From the human T2T-CHM13v2.0 reference genome, Homo sapiens: a DNA stretch of 64,000 bases. The translations under genes were made by a program, and so were the position numbers. The number at the start of each line of letters is the position of its first letter. The first letter of the stretch is position 1. Below, one piece after another: positions 28,084 through 42,257 of the stretch. The notes under the pieces were generated by a model. It made no database searches. It was not told the DNA's origin and worked only from the letters and a program-made list of their open reading frames with translations. Location of the stretch: NCBI RefSeq assembly GCF_009914755.1, contig NC_060934.1. The stretch is one strand, 5' to 3'.

Positions 28084-29032
28084 AATAAAGCTTTTTCATT
28101 TGCTTGTTTATTTAATACAAATTGTTTGCCCTTTGTAAAAATAATAACAAAAGCATCTGCTGAATGCTTCTTCTGAGCCAGACGCTGTGCTGTTGCCTTA
28201 CAATGTGCCAGCTCATTCCATCCTCATGACCACCGTGTGGAGGCACCCTGTGTGTTCTCCTCCCTATTGGACGGATGTGGAAATAGAGGCTCAGGGAAGT
28301 TCAGTAACTTGCCCAAGTTCATGAAATTAGACAGGGCTTCCAACCCAGGAAGACTGGCCCTCCAGAGGCCATGTGCCAAGGAAACTGAGGGCCGCTCATC
28401 CTCTGGTAGCCACTCATGCTCTCTGCAGCAGCGCTGGGCTCTAATCAAAGACAGACAGGTGGGCTCTGGCTCATGACACTGCTGTCCTTCTCCTGCCTGC
28501 TCTTTGGCACTGGCTGTGTTAATGTGCATGTGTTTGTGTGAACACCTGCATCTGTAAAGATGTGTACATGAACATTTGTAGTTACCAAGATTTAGGTGAA
28601 TAAACAAATGTGTACTGCTGATGCTAGTGAACTGATCCCAACAACATCCCAACAGGAATTCAAAGAAATAGTTCTTCTATGTCCAGCAAAATCTCACATA
28701 GAGAAGCAAGCAGCCCTTCAGAAGGAGGCTCTTTGACTTAGCTCCTGAGCTCAGTTCACTTCCCAGAGGAAGTGACTTAAAACTGTGTTTTGTAAACATG
28801 GATATGTCCTGACAGGCACAGAAGCTTAGCTGTGAACCCGAGGTCCTTGGGTCCCAGAGGGTGGCCCAGCTACGGGGTGATCCCATACCCACCCCTCTGG
28901 CCAGGAAACACCAGGCCTCAGGACGGTTCTGTACAGCAACCTTTCCTCACAGATGGACACTCAGGCAAATGGGCCCCTCTCCTCCCTGAAGCCCTCCCCG
29001 AGCCCCTCCCCCAGCCCCAGATACACTCTCAC

Positions 29033-29109
29033 CCGGCAGTATTCATCGATGGGCTTCAGTCTCTTCACAGCTACGTCCCGGATGTGGCTTCTGCGGAAGA
29101 GGATCTTGC
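29033..29109 (-). CDS. SH3PXD2A: SH3PXD2A coding exon 4, PX domain, (G)[25 protein letters not shown]
   Basis: Minus strand: atctctcttccAG|GCAAGATCCTCTTCCGC...GAATACTGCCGG|GTGAGA. 77 nt, phase 1 to 0. [10 protein letters not shown] matches TKS5 rather than TKS4 (RLIPIDEYCK as I recall it). Confidence 0.97.
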
Positions 29110-30089
29110 CTGGAAGAGAGATGCTCATGAGTGGGGGATTCTGGCTAAAACTGCTACAGAGACCTTCTCATTCCCCTCTCCCTTGGCTTCTCAGCATCTT
29201 AGTCCAGCACTACCTGCCACCACCCCGTCCACGGTCAAGGAAACAAGAGAGAAACAGTCACCTTTCCTGGAGGGCAGGAGGCGCCCTAGGCTGAGAGCCC
29301 AGGACCTCTCTGGTGGGTGAGGAGCCCTGGAGGCTGCCATCTTGGGATTCAATGAGTGACTTGGCCAGGCCACCTTGCCTGGATCTAATGGCAGGATCAA
29401 TGAATGCCCGGAGTGGGTGCGGCTCTCAAGTGACCTTGCAAATCAACACAAAGTAGAGCCCAGCCCACATGCTACGCTTTGTTTTCAGGCCCATCCCTCC
29501 TTGAGAAATCGGCATTCGTTCCTGCCAGCTGGGCAGGAATTCCTATTCTTAGTTTAGGTGGGTGGCTCCTTCCAGGGCGGGCACAAGGCAATACCAAGGG
29601 AAGCATGGCTGTCCCAGCCTGACTCTTCCCTGGCCTCGCTGCACACACAGCCTCCAGCCATACGGGCTGCTGCCAGCTGGGCTGGGACACCCCTCTACAG
29701 GTATGGGCAAGGCTTACAGGAAATGCCAGCCCCTCAGACCTTCCCAGCTGACTCTCCCAAGCTGGCCACATTCAATCATAACAAATGCATCAAGACATAA
29801 GTCCTTTTCTAGTCTGAGAAATTTAGAATCTGAACTCCTTGGTTTGATGTTCAAGGTCTTACACAACTGACTTCTGTGCTAGGCGGCTGTCAATGTCTAG
29901 GGCCAAAGCCCCCTTTTCAGAAGGCCTTCCTTGATTGGCTGAGCTGGGAGTAATGTCCCTCTTTCCAGAACATCCACAACTCGTTGTCCATTCCTAGGCT
30001 ATCTGCCACATTCTGCTGTGAGTTATAGCACTTGTGACCCATTTTGGGGCCCATGAGCTTGGCACATGATGAAGTGCTCACCTGTAGCT

Positions 30090-30625
30090 GTAACGGGCAT
30101 CTGTTGCCTCAGTCTACCTAATTTCCCCCTGGAGAAGGCATCTTCCACTCCCAGTCCTTGTGGTGTCAGTCAGTCTAGCCACACCCCCTAGCAACAAAGG
30201 TAGCCACAGGATGCAGCCTAGTCAGCCAGAGTCACAGTGATTGGCTCAGTGGTGGGGAGGGACCCAATCTGGGCCAATGAGAGTCAGCCCTGAGACTGCT
30301 TTTTCCCACGGTTGCTAAGCTGGCAGGATGAAAGCCTGGCACCTCTAGTGGCCTGGGAAGCAAACGGAATGAGAGAAAGGAAGGGTGGCTAGCACAAGAC
30401 AGGTGCTTGGTAAAAGCTTCTTGAGTGATTGAAAAGCCAAGTGGAGAGAGGGAGAGACAGAGCCCTTTGACATCATTTCAGCAGCTGGATGTCGGTAGCT
30501 GTTCCTAAACCAGGGTCCACCTGGTACTTTTCAGTTGCATAAAACAATACCATTTTCTTTTTCATTTAAATGAGTTGAAGATGGGTTTTCATAACTTGAA
30601 TTAAAGGACACCCAATTTAGATCAT
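30090..30625 (+). mobile_element. Old MaLR LTR (MLT1K/L-like)
   Basis: gattggctcag...ccaatgagagtcagccctgagac...cttttcagtt. Confidence 0.7.
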
Positions 30626-30717
30626 TTCCATTGCATGTGAGCAGACAGGTAGACTGCATATGAATCCACACCAGCTGCTTCTGTCAAGGTCCGAGTGAAG
30701 TACTCAGAAAAGCCATT

Positions 30718-31150
30718 GCCTTGATTTAGATTATTCCCCCAGACACAGCCCCAGAAACAAGGATTTGACTTGTTTTGGAGGCGATCCCAAGAAATATCAT
30801 TAGGGGAGTGGGACAGTAAGGGCAGGGAGGGGAAGGAAGTGTTATCAGGCCAGTTAATCATGGTGGGCAACTAGAGCTCAATTCTGCTGGGGGGCTCCAG
30901 GAGATGACAGAGAATGTACCTGACATGTGGAGGCTGGGGATCTACCCACCAACTCCCTGTTTGTCACTGAGGACTGCCTCTGAGGGCGTTAACTCCAGCA
31001 CATCTGGCTGAGTGTGTGCCCATGGCTAGACAAAGCCCTGAGGTAGAAGGCCCTAGTGGCTCCAGTGAGCAGCCTTTGGTAGGCAGAAGTGAACAGACAG
31101 GGGACCCAGGGGCCATGAAAACCCCAGCTGCAGCCACCCCTGACTTCCCT
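30718..31150 (-). mobile_element. ERVL LTR (LTR33-like)
   Basis: acaaggatttga...ggaggcgatcccaagaa...taggggagtggg...gtgggcaactagagctcaat. Confidence 0.7.
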
Positions 31151-32056
31151 GCCACCACAAGCATTGGTCGCCAGCCCTGCTGAAGTCAGACAGTGGAACG
31201 TGTAACTGCATCCTATTGCATGTGACCTGCTTCCCGTGGATATCTCTCATCTCTCCATGATGGCTCTGCAGCTCACCCCTCCTGTCTGCCCCCACACTAC
31301 ATGGAGCACTAGGCTTTGCATTCAGCAGATGCTCAATGAGTGCTTGCTGGGTCATTCTTGTTCCTCTCCTGGACTCTTGCTCAAGCTCTCCTTCATCATC
31401 TTTTCTCTGAAGCCAGAGGGCCGGGCCATCTCCCTGTCAGATGGACAACACTGTGCAGACAGACGACATCACCAAGATGAAGCGGCTCTGCCCTGCGTCC
31501 CTCTCGAAAGGAGATAAAACGTGATTTATCCAGACACTGGCGACGCCGCTGTTCCTTGGGGGAAGATGTCACAGATTCGGTATTCCTTGCCTCTTTGCCT
31601 CCTACCCTTTTTTGGTTGCCTGTCGCTTGATTGCTCACATGCCACAGGCTACATGTGTGAGGCCAGGGGGAGGCTGTGTAAAAATAAAAACATGAGGTGA
31701 CCTGAGCTCAGGACTGCCAAGAAGATGGGTGGCCCTGGGGCTGGAATTCTGGGCCTTTCTAATGAAGGCAGTTGTTTGTCAGAAGCTGAGGGATGCCCAG
31801 ACCCAGTGACACCAGCGGTCCAGCCGTATGAGCAGGACCCTGAAGGACTGTCTGAGATACAGAGGAAACCCAGGGGGACCACAGGAGGGTGGGGGAGGGC
31901 CCACAAACCTGCATGGAGCAGGGCCTCAGCCTCCAAAAATGCACTCCCGCCCTTTCTCATCCTGTTGGGGGACAAAAAAGAAAGCAGGGAGATGGGAAGA
32001 TAAATGGGGTCCCTCTCCCAGCCCCCAATCTCAAGGTTAGCCAAAGCTCTGGCTGA

Positions 32057-32364
<308 letters not shown>

Positions 32365-33394
32365 AAGAACTCATTTTAAAAACTAGTTAAGGAGCACTGA
32401 GGCCTCCACAGGTGTAGGAGATCCAGAGAAGGGAGGGATAGGTTGGGGTGGGGAGGTAGATGAGAGGGTGCTCCTGACTCCTCCCCATGCTGGCCCCAAG
32501 CACAGGACCCCGCCCTGCCCTCCAGTCTGCACTCTGAGTGAGGCCACCGGGCCACTGTGCCTGGGGCTGCCCAGTCCTCCCCACCAGGCTCCTGGATCTG
32601 CTGCTCACTTGCAAGGTCAGAGGAGAATTTCTGCACAAGCCAATTCCCAGCTGAGTTTTTGGAAGCCCAATGGGGCTTCCCCCTTTCCCGCTGAAATCCT
32701 GACAGGAGCAACGTTTTCTTTTCCCAGGGCTTTGGCACAATTGGCCAGTGGGGGAGAGAGGGAGGGAGAGAGGGAGGGCCTGGAAGGGATTCTCCGGTCT
32801 TGACTTCTCTGTTAGGAATCCAAACCACACTCTGAAAGCCAAACCGGTGACCGTATAAAAAGGGGGAGAGAAAAAGGAGGGGGAGGAAAATCCCCATGAA
32901 GGAAGCCGGGACCACAGGGCATTAAAGGCCTCTTGTAAATATAGTGCAGCCCGTTGACGGCAGGGCTCAGCTTCTGCCAGAGTCTTCAAAGCCATCCAGA
33001 TGCCGCCCTAGGAATCTGATGAGCATCGCAAGGAAGATTGCACGGGGCATGAGACAGACCTAACTCATCAGGATTAACTCAGTCCTGAAAGCGGAGAAGA
33101 AGCTGTGCAGCTGCGACGTCTAAGCAGTAACTGGAGGTCCTTCTTCCTGCCACTCTGGGCTGGGCTGGGGTGAGACCAGCGAAGGAGTGGGGGCCTCCGG
33201 TGGGAGTCTGGGGTTCAAGTCCTACCTGGGCCACAGGCTGGCTGTGTGACCCTGAAACAGGTCCCTTCTCCACTGGGACTGCTGTGTGCTCATCGGAGGC
33301 CTGGGCTCTATGGCTGCTACCTCTGGAAGCCCTAAGATTGATTGACAGTGGGGACGTTAGTGGGCAGAGGAGGAAGGAGGAAAGGGTTAATGGT

Positions 33395-33600
33395 AGCTAA
33401 GCGCTCAGCACACACCTGGTGCACACTAAGAGCTTTTCACTGAATTCCCTCCCTTCATCCTCGCAACAACCTTGAAGCAAGTACTTTAACCAGGCCCATT
33501 TTGTCCTAGAGGAGATGGCAGCTCAGAAAGGTTGAAGGACCTGTCCAAAGTCACACAGCTATCTAGTGGCTGAGCTGGGATTTCAACCTGGGGTTTTAAA
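33395..33600 (-). mobile_element. MIR
   Basis: ccaaagtcacacagctatctagtggctgagctgggatttcaacc. Confidence 0.8.
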
Positions 33601-34139
33601 GCTTAGAGAGTGTGGGGGAGCCATGATCTTTGCACTTGGATCATGTCAAGCCTTGAGAGCCACCGTGAGGACTTTGGATTTTATTCTGCATGTGAAGGGA
33701 GATGAGAACAGTTAAACCCCCAAACCAACCACAGCCTCCAGGGCTCTTCTTGGGAAAGCGGTACCTATGGGATGGACTCCCATGAGAGCCAGGGCCTGGG
33801 GCCTCAAGTAGAATCACCAGACACAGTACCACTGGCCAGGGTCCCCACACCAGCCATGAAGAGTTTGGTAGCTACCTCCATGAACTAGGACCCATTTGTA
33901 GAGGTAATAAGAGGGCACTGATTATAGGAGCCGTAAGAGAGGGCTGGCCTCGGGACCTCTTCTGGTCTGAGCAGGCTGATCTATTCCTGGCAGCCTCTCC
34001 TCTTCACACTCACAGTGTCTATGCATGCATGTACAACTCCTTTTTCCCTGTCTTTCTGCCACTTGGAACGCCATTCATTCTTGGAAGACTTCCCCCTGCC
34101 TTTCCTTCTTTCCTTCCTTCCACCCTTCCTTCCTTCCCT

Positions 34140-34600
34140 TGATCCACCCAGCACTGTCTTGATGGAGGCCTGCTGTGCTGGGCTCTGTTCCAGGTGCTGG
34201 GAGCACAGCAGTGAACCAGACAGATGAGGGCCTTGCTCTCAGGAGTTTACCTTCCAATTGGGAAGGGAGTGGGCACGGGAAGAAGGCAGTACACATTTTC
34301 ATACCTATTGAGTAATTTGGTTATACTTCCAGGTCTTCCCCCATCTCTACAAAGATAATAACACAGGGTAATGTGAAGAGGGGTGCCTAGAGAAGAATTT
34401 AGAGAATGGTCAAGGAAGCTTCTCTGGGCTTCAGTGGAGCCTTCAAGGAGAAAAAGCAGCTGTGCAAAGCTCTGGAACAAGCGGGCTTGGCCAGAGGAAA
34501 CTACAACAGCCAAGGCCCTGGGGCAGAAGGAACTGGACATGATGGAAGACAGAAAAGAGAGGAGCCTGCAGCCACAGAAAAGAGTTTGGTTTTATTCTAA
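34140..34600 (-). mobile_element. L2
   Basis: ggctctgttccaggtgctggg...cttgctctcaggagtttac...gagtttggttttattctaagtg. Confidence 0.7.
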
Positions 34601-35099
34601 GTGCCCTTGGGCCTGCCTACTTAACACTCATTCTGTCTTTAAGGCACAGTTCCATGCTGCCTCCCCCATGAAGCCTTCCTTGAATGCTTGTCTCGCCCTT
34701 CCTTGCCAACCACTAGGGCCCTCTGGCAGTCACCCCACTCTGGCCCTCTCTCCCCTGCTGTCCTAGAGAATTTGTCAGGAAGCCACCCTCCTCAGGACCC
34801 CCTCTCATCTTCTCAAGGGGATCCCTGATTTATAGCAACAGGGTCAGCAGCCCCTTGGGCTCAAGGAGGGCCAGCTCCTCCCAGCCACCCTGGCCTCCAG
34901 GGATACAGATGCTCACAAACCCCTCCCCTCAATGCAGCCCAGAGAGCCCAGGCTGTCGAGGGAGACTTGCCTAAGAAACAAGGGAGAGCACAGGTGGGCC
35001 TGGAGCCCACAGACTGCACGGTGCAAAGGCCTCGTGCTCCAAGGACAGCCCTCCTGCCCTTCTAACTGGGTCTGAGAACAGAAAGGAAGGTGGGAGGCA

Positions 35100-35860
<761 letters not shown>

Positions 35861-36692
35861 CCGCAGGGTAGTTATGGGAGAGTCACAGGGCATACCAGTC
35901 ACCTGACAGGGCCCTATATCCCTAAGCGGATTTCAGTGGCCCCAAGGACAGGGGTGGTTTCTATACTCCCTGAATCCCTGGAAATGTCTGGCATGGCGCT
36001 GGGTGAAATGGATATGAGTGCAGCCTGAAGCCCTCGTGGGGGACAGGGGAGTGTCTGAACAGAGCAGCTCCGGAGTCTCAGCCTGAGAGGAGACAGGCAA
36101 GCTGTGGGGACCTGAAGCCGAGAGAATGGGGGGGCGGGTCCTTCTCTGGCTCTGAGGGCTGATGTGACACCCAGGAGAGAAGAGACGAACAGATTTCCCA
36201 GATGAACTGGAGGAAAGAAGATGTGAGGATTCCTAGAGGGAACCTCCCTCCCCCCCTCAAGGGTGACACGCATGCTCGTGGGGTGATAAGACACAGGCAA
36301 TGCATGTGGGAGGAAGGAGGAGAAGTTAAGTTTCCTACTCCCACAGCTCTCTGTGGTCCTGAGACCTGACCAGGTCCCTGTGCAAAGTGGGCTGGACCAG
36401 CCAAGGATCCCATGTCCAGCTGCCCTCACCAGGCGCCTCCATCCGTGTTGTTTGCTGACAGATTGATGAAGACAGAAGCTCTTAAATGAAGGGCCCTGGG
36501 CAGGGGAGGGCAGAGAGAATATAACCATGATTCCACTAATGGGGCTTTCTTCACCATTAAAAACAAAACACAAACGACCCCTCTTTCATTCTAAGTCTGT
36601 TTGATTTCAGAGAGGCTGTTACCAACCCCCAACTCACCGAGTCACTGAGGCTCGGTGATCCAAGCTGGTCCAAGGAGAAGCAGACTGGGACT

Positions 36693-36972
36693 CTTTTTTT
36701 GTTTGTTTTTGAGAGAGGATCTCATCTGCCACCCAGGCTGGAGTGCAGTGACTCTATCATGGCTCACTTCAGCCTTGAACTCCTGGGCTTAAGTGATCCT
36801 CCCACCTCAGCCTCCGAAGTAACAGGTGCACACAACACCCGACTACATTTTTATAGTGATGGGGTCTTGTTATGTTGCCTAGGCTGGTCCCGAACTCCTG
36901 GTCTTAAGTGATCTTCTTGCCTCAGCCTCCCAAAAGGCTGGGAGTATAGGCCTGAGCCACTGCACCTGGCCC
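36693..36972 (-). mobile_element. AluJ
   Basis: Diverged dimer; TSD ctgggact. Confidence 0.88.
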
Positions 36973-37281
36973 AGGCTGGGACTTTTGATGGTTTAAAGCA
37001 AGCAGACACCAAGAGGGTATGCCCTGGGCCCTAAGAATACCCAACTCTAAAAACAAACAAACTCACAATCTACTTCTTTGATGCCTGAGATTGCAGAATC
37101 AGAATTTAGTTTCTTTAAGATTTTCGTCAAGATATATCAACTTTTTCCTGGAGAATGGTACAGTGAGCCTTATTAACCATTCACACCTGAGTATGAGCAG
37201 GCACCGGCTTCTCACTCAATAACAGGGTCTCGCTAGGGAAGAGAGCATAGAGCAGAGAGGCCTTGATGGAACTGGATGTAA

Positions 37282-37871
<590 letters not shown>

Positions 37872-38169
37872 TGAGATGACATCCCCAGAGTCTACAGCCT
37901 TGTACCTGGCTCAGATCACACCCTGACACCCAATCCTTCCTTCTTCACTTGCAACATCTGGCTTTGTTGCCATTTACTTGGGCTGGGGGAAGGCAGGAGT
38001 GAGGCCTAGATGCTGAGGCTGGAAGCAGTGGGCACATGCAGGTTCCGGAAAGACACAATCCCCATAGCGAAGGTCAGCAGCCTGAGGCATACTGACACCA
38101 TGCCCTGAGTTCTGGCTCCCATGAATCTCTCTTTAGAGCCAAGATGCTGCCTCTGGCTTGAAGTCTAGC

Positions 38170-38689
38170 ATGGTAGACATTGGTAGGTTTTGTCTGTCAG
38201 CTTTTAATTATTACAGTGCCCGATTTTCTTTTGGGAAACAATCCCTCCTTCATTCTCAGTCCATGGGATTTCAGTGGGGTTGATCCCATCCCAAACTCTG
38301 GGGCTGATCATTAAGTACAGTCCAGCCATGGGCATGCAACCCACATTGGTCCAGTGGGAATCAGCCTGGGACTACTGCTGGAACTACCAGGAAGAGATGT
38401 GTTCTCTCTCTACAGCTGCTAACTCATAAATGCCAAGCCCCAAGCTGCTAGGAAGCATCTTTATGTATCTCTGTTACCACCTGGGGGAAGCCTATCAGAG
38501 AATTAAGTCAACAGAAAAGACAGCAAAGCTGAGGGCTTAAGAGACACAGATTTGGTCCCCTAGATCCAGCTATGCCTGAAACCATTACTCTTGGTTTTCA
38601 GTTATGTGAACCAATAAGTTTCCCCTTTTTTCTTAAGCCAGATTGAGATGGGTCTATTTCTTGTCACCAGGAGAGTCCTGACTGGTACA
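38170..38689 (+). mobile_element. Old MaLR LTR (MLT1K/L-like)
   Basis: tagatccagctatgcctgaa...ttttcagttatgtgaaccaataa...cttaagccag...gtcctgactggtaca. Confidence 0.75.
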
Positions 38690-39176
38690 TCTGGCTCTGC
38701 CAGTTACTGTTATGTGACAGGGGATGAGTCATAACCTATTCGAATGCTAGTTTCCTCAGACTACAAAATGGGAGGCAGTAATGTCTAATGCAAAGGACTA
38801 TTACGAGGAGCCAGTGAATGAGTCTGTAAAAGCATTTAGCATGGAGCCCAGCCCATGGCAAATGGTGAACAAATGGGATCTCTTATGAGTTGACACTTCC
38901 AGGTCAAGGAGGTGGGATGGGGTGGGGTGGGCCCTGCCTGTCTCCTTGCTGGCCACGTGGAATCCAAGTACCAGAAGCATTTCCCAGGCACCCAGTCCAT
39001 CCACCTGGCTTCCCACCAAGGCCAAACACGAGCTCCCCTCAGCCTGCGGCTGCCCTTCCTGATTCACCCAACCCATAAACACATCTGTGTCTCCCACACG
39101 GCTTCCGTTTCTCGGAGGCCCAACTCAGAGGGCAGAGGACGTGACACAATGGCAAGGAGGCCAATTGTTCATTCCA

Positions 39177-39194
39177 CCCGCCCCCTAGGGGCAT
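39177..39194 (-). promoter_or_regulatory. Candidate CTCF core site
   Basis: Minus strand TGCCCCTAGGGGGCGGG, close to CCASYAGRKGGC. Confidence 0.45.
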
Positions 39195-39546
39195 TCTAGG
39201 GTGACTCACACAGGTGTGTCTGCCCGCTCCAGCACTCCCCACTCCCTCTCCCACACGCCCAGGGAAACACACTTGCAAAAGCCCACTGGGGTTCACGACA
39301 GAGTGAAGCCTTCACCCTCCTGCAGCCACGGCTTGCTTGCAGAAAGCATCAGCGCACCTTGGAGGGAAGAACGATCTCCCAAATTCTGGTTCGGAGGTTC
39401 CCATACCCAGTAAGCAGAGCCAGGCTGAAGGGAACAGTATCTTTCTCTCCCTCACCCCAGGTGGGTCAACTGGGATTTTATGGGTGTCTGCTAGTGATAA
39501 AGCACCTAGTCCCAGGCCCATGGAGGGACTAATACATCTTTGCTGA

Positions 39547-39909
<363 letters not shown>

Positions 39910-39914
39910 TCAGA

Positions 39915-40410
39915 ATAATATTCTCAAACCATAACCCTTGCTTAACCCTTTCAGTGACTGCCCAGGGCACTGAGGATAAAATCCAAACTCCCTTCTGTGG
40001 CCGGGCAGGATTCAGCTCCTGCCTCTCTCTCCGCCCGCCCATCTCCTGTCACTCTGCCCACGCCACAGACACATCCTGCTCTTCCCCACCTCAGGCCTGT
40101 GTGTTCGCTGTCCCTGTTCCTGTTCCTGGAGCACTGTTCCTGCTGCCCTTTGCCCAGCCATTGCCTTGCATCCCTCATTGGGAGGCCTTTGGTGGCCATG
40201 TGCCCTCTCTCTCCGGCCTCCGTTGTTTCCCTCCCAGAATCTGCCACCATTGATAATGATCTTCTGAACCTGCCTCTTTACAGCGTTCCCTAAGGACAGA
40301 ATGCAAGCTTCTTGCAGCCAGTGAAGCCCACGAACGTATCCTCAGGGCCCAGCACAAGGACGGGCACACAGGGACCCCGACCGCGACTTGCTGAAAGGTG
40401 AGTGAGTGTG
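39915..40410 (+). mobile_element. L2 3' portion, overlapping the putative AS1 first exon
   Basis: ggataaaatccaaactcc...cctcaggcc...gcaagcttctt...gtatcctcagggcccagcacaa..ggcacacag...ttgctgaa.gtgagtgagtg, the order expected at an L2 terminus. Confidence 0.65.
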
Positions 40411-41101
40411 AGTGTGTGTTCACACTGGCTTGCTCTAGGCTGTCTCTCATTTACACACCCCCAGACCCCTGGCAGACTAGCAAATACAGCTCACCCCACA
40501 CATTAGGGACGGCAGCTTCAGCCAGAGCTGGGGAGAGGGGTGGATTCACCCTCCAGGACGCAGACACAGTGGGGCCAGAGTGTGGTTAGCTCAGAGGCCG
40601 GCATCAGGGCCAAGCTGTACCCCCTCCATGTGGGCGTGGGTGTGGTGGGCGTGGTGGGCAGTGGCTCTGTACCCTCCCTGTGGGAGCCGGGAATAAAGGG
40701 CCCCATTCAGCCTGTGCAGCCTCGGCTCCTCCCTCCAGGGGAGGCTGCCCTCAGGAAAGACGGTGGGACGCTGGGCAGAGCTTCCTGGCAGCCTCTCCCT
40801 GTGGCATGGTCCACAGTGTGGGGGGCTTGGCGAGGGGCACGAGGCCTCTGGAGCTCAGAGAAACACTGCAGAATGGCCCAGCCAGATGAGGAGGCTGTGG
40901 GGCAGGCAGATGGAAGTCCTGGGTCGCAGTGATGATGCTGAAAGACACCCACTCACTTCTGAGGCTCTGAGACAGAGGAAAAGCCGCAGGAAGCAGAGGC
41001 CTGTCGGTAAAGGGCCCAAAACCACAGGCCTGGCCAGGCCAGCCACAGGGGAGTTTGCCTGGCTCTCTTGGGATGGACACTGTCCACCAAAGCCTGCTTT
41101 C

Positions 41102-41250
41102 ATTTTATTTATTTATTTATTTATTATTTTTGTAGAGATGAGGTCTCACTGTGTTGCCTAGGTTGGTCTTGAACTCCTGGGCTCAAGCAATCCACCCACT
41201 TCAGCCTCCCAAAGTGCTGAGATTACAGGTTTGAACCACCGCGCCTGTCC
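41102..41250 (-). mobile_element. Free Alu monomer (FLAM_C)
   Basis: Own 14-bp TSD caaagcctgctttc at 41088-41101 and 41251-41264. Confidence 0.9.
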
Positions 41251-41384
41251 CAAAGCCTGCTTTCCTTGAGCTTTGGTTCTGTTGGCAAAACTGAGCCCAG
41301 ACAGTCAACTCTCTTCATCAACCTCCCACCAGCATTTTCTGTGGTTCCACCCATCTCCTGCAAGGATGGTGACAGTAACATTAA

Positions 41385-41610
41385 GAGGACGTAACATTCA
41401 TTGAGCACTTGGTATGTGCTAAGCCCTGTGCCGTGTACTTTATATTTATTATGACAGTTGATCCTCATAACAACCTCTGAGCTACATACTGGGTGCTGTT
41501 GTTATTCTCACTTTACAGATGAGTAAACTGAAGGTAAGAAAAGTTGAGTGCCCCGCCCAGGGTTGCAAAGCGAGGAAGTGGTGGAGCTGGGATTGGGTGT
41601 GCCACAGTCT
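41385..41610 (-). mobile_element. MIR
   Basis: ttgagcactt..tatgtgc...tttacagatgagtaaactga. Confidence 0.85.
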
Positions 41611-42257
41611 CTTTCTTTGGGCAGACTGAACATGCCTAGGCTCCTAATGATTCTGCTATCTTCCTTCCTTTCCCTGAGCCCCGGGCTGTGCAACCTGTGG
41701 CCAGCTTTCCTGACGGGGTACATCTCAACCCTACCCCATCCCTGAAAGAAGGGGCAACACGCAACACCCATTCACTCCCTCCCAAATGCTGGCACTGTGC
41801 TGGGGGCTGGGCTGTGATGGTGACGGTCCCTGCCCTCGCAAAGGATACTGTGTATGGGCACTGCGCTGTGATGTGTTGGCTGTCATAGGCACACGCAGGA
41901 GGGAGACAGGGCTGAGGAAGTGGAGAGAGTGAGACAGGCAAAGGGAAGCGGGAAGAGTGTTCCAGGTAGAGGGAGAGTCTGAGCAGAGGCCCAGAGACTG
42001 AAGAGACAGGCACATCTGAGAAGCTGAAGGGAGTCCAGTGGGTACGTGCATCAGGACGCATGCTGGGAGGTCCCTGGGGTGGGGTTATGAAAGGTGCCAA
42101 AGAGACTGAATGGCCACACAGAGCACACTGAAGCCACTACAGTTGCATATTCAGAAATGCCTGAGTTCCTGGACCTCCAAGGCCAAGGACCATAATGTTC
42201 ACGGTGAGAAGACACCAGAACCTTCAGACCCTGCCCGAAGCCCTTCTTCCTGAAGTC

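Noticed and set aside
28832-29320. Plus-strand ORFs of 162 and 113 aa over exon 4
   Set aside because: Antisense shadows of the true minus-strand exon.
35914-36573. 219-aa ORF, and similar ORFs of about 200 aa at 5348-5986, 23294-23881 and 32387-32995
   Set aside because: No recognisable homology; some run through repeats or polyT; lengths are compatible with chance in GC-rich DNA.
41618-41647. p53/p63 response element around GAACATGCCT
   Set aside because: Only one good half-site; the adjacent decamers lack the CWWG core.
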